Assembly (NCBI GenBank): GCA_018819225.1
Contig: JAHJQN010000005.1
Coordinates: 35,286 to 99,285, forward strand
DNA from: Candidatus Micrarchaeota archaeon
GTDB lineage: Archaea > Micrarchaeota > Micrarchaeia > Norongarragalinales > SBBD01
Length of the DNA: 64,000 nucleotides
Reading direction: 5' to 3'
Position numbers and translations under genes: made by a program
Notes under the pieces: generated by a model
What the model was told of the DNA's origin: nothing
Database searches by the model: none
Seen by the model: only the letters and a program-made list of their open reading frames with translations
Shown here: positions 57,478 to 64,000 of the stretch, in pieces
Layout of the letters: the number at the start of each line of letters is the position of its first letter
Position numbering within the stretch: position 1 is the first letter of the stretch

Positions 57478-58412
57478 CCGGAATCAGCTTCATTGTACTA
57501 AATTACAATGGGGAAAACGTCCTTTCCGGAACGCTTCGGTCGATAGAGGCCGAAAGGCGTCCTGGAGATGAATGCATTGTCGTAGACAACCACTCGACCG
57601 ATCAGTCCAGAAGCGTTTGCCAACGATTTCCGGGGGTCCGTTTCCTTTCGCTTGCCGAAAACCGGGTGTTGGGCGCCTACAATGCAGGAGTGCAAGCGGC
57701 GGTTCATCCGTGGGTATGTTTGCTAAACAACGACATCCACATCGAAAAGGGGTTTCGTGACGCGGCAATAAGACACGTAGGGGACAAGCGCTTATTCGCG
57801 GCAACCGCCAAGATCCTGTATCCCGACAAAAAAACGATGGAAACCGGGTATTGTCGGCCGTCCTTCAACAATTTCCATTTCAAATACGACATCGTGGGCC
57901 GCGGGGAGCTGGCGAGCCAATACGAACAAGAAATGGAGAACTTTTCCGCACCGATGGCGGGAATCTTCCATCGCGAAAAGTATCTGGAACTGGGGGGAAT
58001 CGATTGCCTCTATTTTCCAGCGTATTGGGAGGAAATTGATTTGGCGTACAATGCATGGAAGCGCGGGTGGTGCGTACTCTTCGACCCCAAAATGGTTGCC
58101 GTGCACCACCATGAGGACCGGATCGTGAAAACGCACGGCGCGGGAAAAACAGTGGCCGCGGGAGCGAGGAATAAGATCCTGTTTGTCGCGAAAAACATTG
58201 CGGACAGGGGTTTGTTGTTCCGCTTTTTCATCGGTTGGCCGGCGGTTTTTCTTGCTGGGACGCTGCGCCGCGGGCCATGGTTCGCCTATGGCTTTTTTCA
58301 AGCGATTCCTCGGCTGACGAACGCTTGGAAGCGGAAAAAAGAAATGGAAAAAAAACGCGTGCTATCCGACCGGGAGATTTTCCATCGGACGCACGGAATG
58401 ATCCGCCCTTAG
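57474..58412 (+). CDS. Glycosyltransferase family 2
   Basis: SFIVLNYNG ... VDNHSTD ... DxD-type GT-A motifs. Confidence 0.8.
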   Translation: MTGISFIVLNYNGENVLSGTLRSIEAERRPGDECIVVDNHSTDQSRSVCQRFPGVRFLSLAENRVLGAYNAGVQAAVHPWVCLLNNDIHIEKGFRDAAIRHVGDKRLFAATAKILYPDKKTMETGYCRPSFNNFHFKYDIVGRGELASQYEQEMENFSAPMAGIFHREKYLELGGIDCLYFPAYWEEIDLAYNAWKRGWCVLFDPKMVAVHHHEDRIVKTHGAGKTVAAGARNKILFVAKNIADRGLLFRFFIGWPAVFLAGTLRRGPWFAYGFFQAIPRLTNAWKRKKEMEKKRVLSDREIFHRTHGMIRP

Positions 58413-58450
58413 TTTGTGACGCCGAATCGAACACGGTCACACGGAATGCG

Positions 58451-59866
58451 TTACAACGACCGGGGGTTTTCCGGTTTACCCAAACCCCGATAATAAAAAC
58501 CTGCAGCGATCGCTTCGCGTTGATCGTAAAAATTGCGGGCGTCGAGGAGGATCGGGGTTCGCATCACCCTCTTCAAATCGGCCAACGAGATGCTCCGGAA
58601 TATATCGTGATCCGTTGCGAGGATGACGGCATCGGATTGACGGATCTCCGTATCGAGACATCCATCGACTCGAATGTCCGTGGTCTGACCGGTCGCTTGC
58701 CGGATGACGGGATCGCAGAGCACGACTTGGACCCCGAGATTTCTCACCTTTTGGGCAATGGTGTTGGATAAGCTGACGCGCGCATCGGGAATGTTCTTCT
58801 TGTAAGCAATGCCCATGATGCATACCTTCGACTCGTTGATGGGGACGTTCCGTTCTTCGAAAGCCTTCTGCAGCAGTGAAACGAAATAATCGGCCACGCC
58901 GTCGTTAACCTCTCGAGTCACGCGCATCATCTTCGTGTCGACCCCCATTTTTTCAGCCTGTTTGATGAGATACCACGTGTCGACTGGAATGCATTCGCCC
59001 CCCACCAAACCAGGGAAATGGGGAAGGAAAGCGAATGGCTTGGTTTCAGCGGCTTGGATGACGTCGTAGGTATCCAGTCCGAGCTTCGAGAAAATGACGG
59101 CAAACTCGTTCACAAGCGCGATGTTCACGTCGCGAAATATGTTTTCCATCAACTTGGAGGCTTCCGCCGTTTCGATATCTGCTACGGGAGTGACCCCCGC
59201 CAGAATGAATTCGGAATAAAAGAGACGGGCCAGCTTGAGACTTTTTTCGTCGACTCCGCCCACCACGCGCGGAATCTGATCCAAGGTCATCATCAGTGCG
59301 CTGGTTTTTTTATCGTATATCACGTGCGCATGCGTTTCCGTGGGGAGTCCGGGATTGTAACGCTCGGGGCAGTATGCGAGACCCCAATCGGATCCGATGC
59401 GCAATCCGGATTTTTCCTCGATGAGCTTTCCGAATGAACGCGTCGTACCAATGGTAATGGAGCTTTCAAGTACCACCAAGCTGCCCTTGGTCAGATGGGG
59501 CGCCAATTCGCGTGCGGCCCGCTGAAGGAATGATAAATTGATTTCCCGGTCATCGCCTACGGGTGTTGGCACGCAGACCACAATGATTTTGGAATGGGGT
59601 ATCGCTTCGGAAAAGTCCGTAGTGGCTTTGATCGTTCCCGACGAAACCAGTGGGCGCAACATCTGCGGATATTCCGATTCGAGGACGTTACCATTCAGTT
59701 TTTTTACTCGCTCCCGGTTCACATCAATTCCAATGGTTGGAAAGCCGGCGTGAGCGATGTGTATGGCCGTCGGCAAGCCGATCGTGCCGATTCCCACAAC
59801 AGATACTCCAACGGAATGCTCGCGCATCCTTTTTTCAGCAACGGCCATTGATTCCGTATAAACCAT
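58451..59866 (-). CDS. Nucleotide-sugar 6-dehydrogenase (UDP-glucose / UDP-ManNAc dehydrogenase family)
   Basis: N-terminal GIGTIGLPTA Rossmann motif; catalytic Cys in the GGECIP context; 471 aa. Confidence 0.85.
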   Translation of the reverse strand: MVYTESMAVAEKRMREHSVGVSVVGIGTIGLPTAIHIAHAGFPTIGIDVNRERVKKLNGNVLESEYPQMLRPLVSSGTIKATTDFSEAIPHSKIIVVCVPTPVGDDREINLSFLQRAARELAPHLTKGSLVVLESSITIGTTRSFGKLIEEKSGLRIGSDWGLAYCPERYNPGLPTETHAHVIYDKKTSALMMTLDQIPRVVGGVDEKSLKLARLFYSEFILAGVTPVADIETAEASKLMENIFRDVNIALVNEFAVIFSKLGLDTYDVIQAAETKPFAFLPHFPGLVGGECIPVDTWYLIKQAEKMGVDTKMMRVTREVNDGVADYFVSLLQKAFEERNVPINESKVCIMGIAYKKNIPDARVSLSNTIAQKVRNLGVQVVLCDPVIRQATGQTTDIRVDGCLDTEIRQSDAVILATDHDIFRSISLADLKRVMRTPILLDARNFYDQREAIAAGFYYRGLGKPENPRSL

Positions 59867-59901
59867 GCGTATTCACCTTAAAAACAAAAACGGGTTTCAT
59901 C

Positions 59902-60816
59902 TCATTGAGCGGAAGGGACCAAATGGCGTTTTTTATACTCGGCCACTCGCCGGATTCCTTCGGCGAGACGAACGTGCGGCTCGTACCCCAATCGTTTCGC
60001 TTTGGAGATGTCTGGTATCCGGCGGAATATCTCCCGCTGTTCGCTTCGGTCGCTTTGATCGAACGGAATCAGTTCAATACGTTCCTTCTTATCAAGTGCC
60101 GAGAACGCCGTCCGAGCCAAGTCCTTCACGGAAACGGGTTCGGACGGATTCCCGATGTTGAAGATCTCATTTTGCTGCTTGAACGTGGTCATCGTCCCGT
60201 TGGCGACGTCGTCGACATAGCAGTACGCTCGCACTTGATCTCCGTTTCCGTAGATGGGTACGGGTTGGTCCCTCAGAATGAGGTCCACAAATTTCGGGAT
60301 AACAAAATGGTTGCTTTGAAGGGGCCCGTAAACATTAAAATACCGATAGATCACGAACGGGAGTCCGTGTTCCTTATGATATGACTTAATGTATTCTTCG
60401 GATACGACTTTGGCTATTCCGTAACAGGATTTGGGTTTGAGGGAATGAGTTTCCGCAATCGGGACCGTATCCGGCTCGCCATAGGTTTCCGAAGTGGAAG
60501 AAAAAATGAACTTTTTAACGTCGGATTGCCGGCATGCTTCGAGCACCGACCGCGTTCCGTCAATGATCTGGTTCAATGTGTCGACGGGTTTTTTTTCCGT
60601 TTGAATAACACTCAGAGTGGAAGCGAAGTGAAAAACGGTTTCGCAATCGCGGACCGCCGAGCGCATGATGGCATGGTCGGTAACGTCCCCTTGCACGAAT
60701 TCCGTGACGGCCACCGAAGGACGTTTCAGGTCGATGACCCGCACCTGATCGATCTCCATCAATCTCGAAACCACGGCGCTTCCAATAAGTCCTGAGCCGC
60801 CGGATACTAAGAACAT
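59902..60816 (-). CDS. NAD-dependent sugar epimerase/dehydratase (SDR extended family)
   Basis: VSGGSGLIGS Rossmann motif; SS(T)SETYG; YGIAK (YxxxK); start taken at MFLVSGG. Confidence 0.85.
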   Translation of the reverse strand: MFLVSGGSGLIGSAVVSRLMEIDQVRVIDLKRPSVAVTEFVQGDVTDHAIMRSAVRDCETVFHFASTLSVIQTEKKPVDTLNQIIDGTRSVLEACRQSDVKKFIFSSTSETYGEPDTVPIAETHSLKPKSCYGIAKVVSEEYIKSYHKEHGLPFVIYRYFNVYGPLQSNHFVIPKFVDLILRDQPVPIYGNGDQVRAYCYVDDVANGTMTTFKQQNEIFNIGNPSEPVSVKDLARTAFSALDKKERIELIPFDQSDRSEQREIFRRIPDISKAKRLGYEPHVRLAEGIRRVAEYKKRHLVPSAQ

Positions 60817-61224
60817 ATTAATACTCCCATAGATTCGCGTTGATCCTCGTACGAGTGGCTTAATCAGCACACCATAGTTTAAAACGCCTTTGCTGAACGA
60901 TATCCGACCCCGTCACATGAACGGACTTTCTACTCCAGCGAATCGCTTGCAAATCTGGATTCTCGCGCAAGAAACAGAAAGAAAAAACAAGAAAAAACTG
61001 TTTTTTGAAGAGGAAGAGCTTGTCTATAGACGTTTTCAGCGCTTTCGAAATGTCGTGCGCTAATTGCAGCGACGGATTGTAGGCGCCTTTTTCCACGAAC
61101 ACCATGGTTTCGCGCCGCGCCGACTCTCTTGGCCAAATCCTCTTGCGTCCATGAAAACAAGGAATCGCTCAGCCCAAATAAAAAAGAGTCGCCACGGAGC
61201 TATATAGCACGCGCCATCCGACGG

Positions 61225-61240
61225 AAACGTTTATATAGGC
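61225..61240 (+). promoter_or_regulatory. Putative rRNA operon promoter (BRE plus TATA)
   Basis: gaaacgTTTATATAgg, about 315 nt upstream of the mature 16S 5' end. Confidence 0.4.
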
Positions 61241-62203
61241 TTTTAAGCTAAATACTTAACCTGCGCGAATTTGCGATTTGCGTAGCTGGTTGCTGTAGTC
61301 CCGGCGAATCGAAGCTCGTGCTATGACCGATTCCTTGAGCGGTCCCTTGATCTATGATAGGGCGTATTACGCTCCATTCCACTACAGCGGCCGATGGGAA
61401 TGTGAGCAATCGTTTTGAATCACGATTCACGTTCGACGGACGCGGACCTCAACGCCAAAATAAATCGTTTAGTTCTTTGCGACTCGTAATTCGCAATCAG
61501 TTAAATTCAGTACGGATTGCACACGCGCTCTTCCGAGAGGGAGAGTGGCGTGTAACACCAGTTGATCCTGCTGGAGGATATTGCTATCAGAATTCGACTA
61601 AGCCATGCAAGTCAGTGTTACCACCTGGTAACACGGCGAACGGCTCAGTAACGCGTACTTAACTTACCCTAGGCAGGCGAATAACTTCGGGAAACTGAAG
61701 GGAATACGCCGTAGGAAACAATTTCTGGAACGAAGTGTTTCTTAAAGTGCTCCGAATTGTAGGAGTTACGGCCTAGGATGGGAGTGCGTCTGATTAGGCT
61801 GTTGGTGGGGTAAAGGCCCACCAAACCGATAATCAGTAGGAGCTATGGGAGTAGAAGCTCCGAGATGGGCACTGAGACAAGGGCCCAAGCCCTACGGGGT
61901 GCAGCAGGCGCGAAATTTCCGCAATGCGCGCAAGCGTGACGGGGGAATTCTGAGTGCTTCTCTTACGAGAAGCTTTTGCTTAGCTTGAATCGCTAGGCGA
62001 ATAAGGAGTGGGTAAATCCTGTGCCAGCCGCCGCGGTAATACAGGTAGTCCAAGTGATATCCACGAATACTGAGTCTAAAGCGCTCGTAGCGGGTTCGGC
62101 AAGTTCTCTGTGAAATCTTCAAGCTCAACTTGAAGGCGTGCAGGGAATACTACCAGACTTGGGAGTGGGGGAGGCCAAGGGTACTTTAGGGGGAGGAGTA
62201 AAA

Positions 62204-62260
62204 CGACCTTTTCTTTCAAAAAGAAAAGCTCGACCAAAAGAAATCGACATGTCGTACTCA
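62204..62260 (+). repeat. 57-nt palindromic insertion inside 16S (between GGAGTAAAA and TCCTGTAATCC); a copy of the element next to tRNA-Leu
   Basis: cgaccttttctttcaaaaagaaaagctcgaccaaaagaaatcga... versus 11113-11160 (rc) acgaaccttttctttcgaaaagaaaagcttcaccaaaagaaaatga... Confidence 0.5.
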
Positions 62261-62477
62261 AAATCCTGTAATCCTTAAAGGACCTTCAGTAGCGAAGGCG
62301 CTTGGCCAAAACACGTCCGACCGTGAGGAGCGAAGGCCAGGGGAGCAAATCGGATTAGATACCCGAGTAGTCCTGGCAGTAAATGATGCAGACTAGGCAT
62401 TGCAATGGTTTCGAACTGTTGCAGGGCCGTAGGGAAGCTGATAAGTCTGCCACTTGGGGAGTACGGTCGCAAGACTT

Positions 62478-62518
<41 letters not shown>

Positions 62519-63061
62519 TGCTGCGGTTCAATTGGACTCAACGCCGGGAAACTCACCAGGAGAGACAGCAGAATGAAGCTCAGGCTAAAGACCTTAGCTG
62601 ACAAGCTGAGAGGTGTTGCATGGCCAGCGTCAGTTCGTGCCGTGAGGTGTCAAGTTAAGTCTTGCAACGAACGAGATCTTCATCCACAGTTGCCAGTTTC
62701 GCGGTAACGCGGAGCGCACTCTGTGGAAACTGCCTGCGTTAAGTAGGAGGAAGGAGAAGGCGACGCTAGGTCTGTATGGCCCGAATCTCCTGGGCCACAC
62801 GTGGCATACAATGGCGGAGACAATGGGTTCCGACGCCGAAAGGCGAAGGTAATCTCCGAAACTCCGTCTAAGTCCGGATTGGGGGCTGAAACTCGTCCCC
62901 ATGAAGCTGGAATCCCTAGTAATCGCGTGTCATCATCGCGCGGTGAATATGTCCCCGCTCCTTGCACACACCGCCCGTCAAGTCAACCAAGCGAGGCTTT
63001 AGTGAGGCTTGGTCTTCGGATCAAGTCGAGCTAGAACTTTGTAAGGTGGATTAAGTCGTAA

Positions 63062-63830
63062 GAACGTTGCGACCTCGGATCTGTGAGGATTTGAGAAAAA
63101 ATCTGCTATATGCTGGAAACCCCGAGCATCTCAGGCTACCATCGGAAACGACGCTTCGGAATGAATATCATTCTCGAAGAAATTCAGTTGGTGAAAATGT
63201 TTTGAGTGCGGGCAATCAGCAGGGAAGTCGGCGCGAAAGCGCTTGACCCCTCAGAGACTACACGCAGACTTCTATAGTGCAAGAGAACATGAAGGCATAT
63301 CTCCTTGGCGCGCTACACGATGGCTCCAATCACGGTAACACGTACCGAATCGTCCAAAAAGAAGAAGAATACGTCCGCTGGATTGCGGATGAACTTCATC
63401 AAATGGGCATTTCGGCATGGGTTTATCGGGAAGGAGCTGAACGACATTTATTCGTCGTCGAGTTCTCGAAAAGTCGGTTATCGGAAATCAAGATCAATAG
63501 TCTTGAAGAGAAAACTGAATACATTCGAGGATACTTCGATGCCGAAGGTAGCGTACCATTGAAATCGGGAGCCAGAATGTACATTTATTTCTGCCAAAAA
63601 GACCGAAAGGATCTGGAAGAAGTAAAAACATTCTTGGAAGAACTTGGAATCGTTTGTGGAAAAACCCACAATCCAACGTTCAAAGAACCTGATTATTGGA
63701 GATTCTTCATTGGATGTAAATCCTACAAAGCATTTGCATCTAAAATTGGTTCTCGCCATCCTCGAAAGAGGAAAGTACTCGAGAAGATGATATAGTCCAT
63801 GCCGCGCAGCGATGCGTGGAAGAACATGAA
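63062..63830 (+). mobile_element. 16S rRNA intron near the 3' end (after AAGTCGTAA), carrying a homing endonuclease ORF
   Basis: The 16S consensus AAGTCGTAACAAGGTAGCCGTAGGGGAACC is restored when 63062-63830 is removed. Confidence 0.8.
63277..63795 (+). CDS. LAGLIDADG-family homing endonuclease (double-motif, monomeric type)
   Basis: YLLGALHDGS (motif 1) and IRGYFDAEGS (motif 2) roughly 95 aa apart; 172 aa. Confidence 0.85.
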   Translation: MQENMKAYLLGALHDGSNHGNTYRIVQKEEEYVRWIADELHQMGISAWVYREGAERHLFVVEFSKSRLSEIKINSLEEKTEYIRGYFDAEGSVPLKSGARMYIYFCQKDRKDLEEVKTFLEELGIVCGKTHNPTFKEPDYWRFFIGCKSYKAFASKIGSRHPRKRKVLEKMI

Positions 63831-63969
63831 CAAGGTAGCCGTAGGGGAACCTGCGGCTAGATCACCTCAAAAATCAATAAGAACTAAAAGGTGATTTCAA
63901 AGCAAGGAAGTCAATTAAGTCAATTTCCTTTTTTGGAAACAATGAGGTCCGCGTCTTTATTTTTCTTAA

Positions 63970-64000
63970 GGGCTCGTGGCGCAGTGGTAGCGCGCCTGCT
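63970..64000 (+). tRNA. 5' part of a spacer tRNA (probably tRNA-Ala), truncated by the window end
   Basis: GGGCTCG-TG-GCGC-AGTGGTA-GCGC-G-CCTGC...; in the position of the archaeal 16S-23S spacer tRNA-Ala; anticodon not reached. Confidence 0.5.

Noticed and set aside
60860-61550. Small ORFs (81 and 76 aa) and a possible structured leader upstream of 16S
   Set aside because: The ORFs are antisense, unconserved-looking and lie in the rRNA leader; the region most likely provides promoter and processing-stem sequence. I found no clear boxed motifs beyond the TATA element.

Overview
This 64 kb window is an archaeal chromosomal segment of roughly 50% GC, mostly housekeeping genes interleaved with two accessory islands. 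It begins inside ftsZ and ends in the 16S-23S spacer. The archaeal assignment rests on archaeal-type ribosomal proteins (eL15, eL18, eL30, eL42/L44e, eS27), RNA polymerase subunits RpoN and RpoD, aIF2-alpha, Nop10, RadA, Hjc, Bud32, RtcB and archease, and TATA-type promoters.

Housekeeping content:
- Conserved ribosomal-protein/RNAP operons: L18e-L13-S9-RpoN; S13-S4-S11-RpoD; L30e-NusA-S12-S7; L44e-S27e-aIF2alpha-Nop10-PAC2.
- pyrBI, rtcB, transaldolase, thiD, radA, and an extracytoplasmic thiol-disulfide module (secreted thioredoxin, CcdA, TlpA-like).
- A cell-surface glycan biosynthesis cluster.

RNA genes, which are the most unusual part of the window:
- A 16S rRNA interrupted by about 770 nt that encodes a LAGLIDADG homing endonuclease, plus a second 57-nt insertion whose sequence recurs next to a tRNA gene.
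- tRNA-Pro(GGG) with a canonical anticodon-loop intron.
- tRNA-Leu(GAG) with a non-canonical intron in the T-loop.
- tRNA-Ser(GGA) with two introns: the canonical one and a roughly 100-nt intron in the T-arm.
- A recurring hairpin motif immediately 3' of three tRNA genes.

Accessory islands:
- 17.1-25.1 kb: four consecutive secreted or surface proteins, including a 1519-aa PT-linker/beta-helix giant. That giant and a smaller surface protein at 52.7 kb share a repeated 35-aa six-cysteine module.
- A triplicated family of small, heavily N-glycosylation-sequon-rich secreted proteins, each copy next to an almost identical Lrp/AsnC regulator and each carrying a shared TACGA-N3-TCGTA-type inverted repeat upstream. 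This reads as a dedicated Lrp-controlled regulon and is the best candidate for an undescribed system here.

All functional calls come from motif recognition in the supplied translations. I could run no database search, so family names are predictions.
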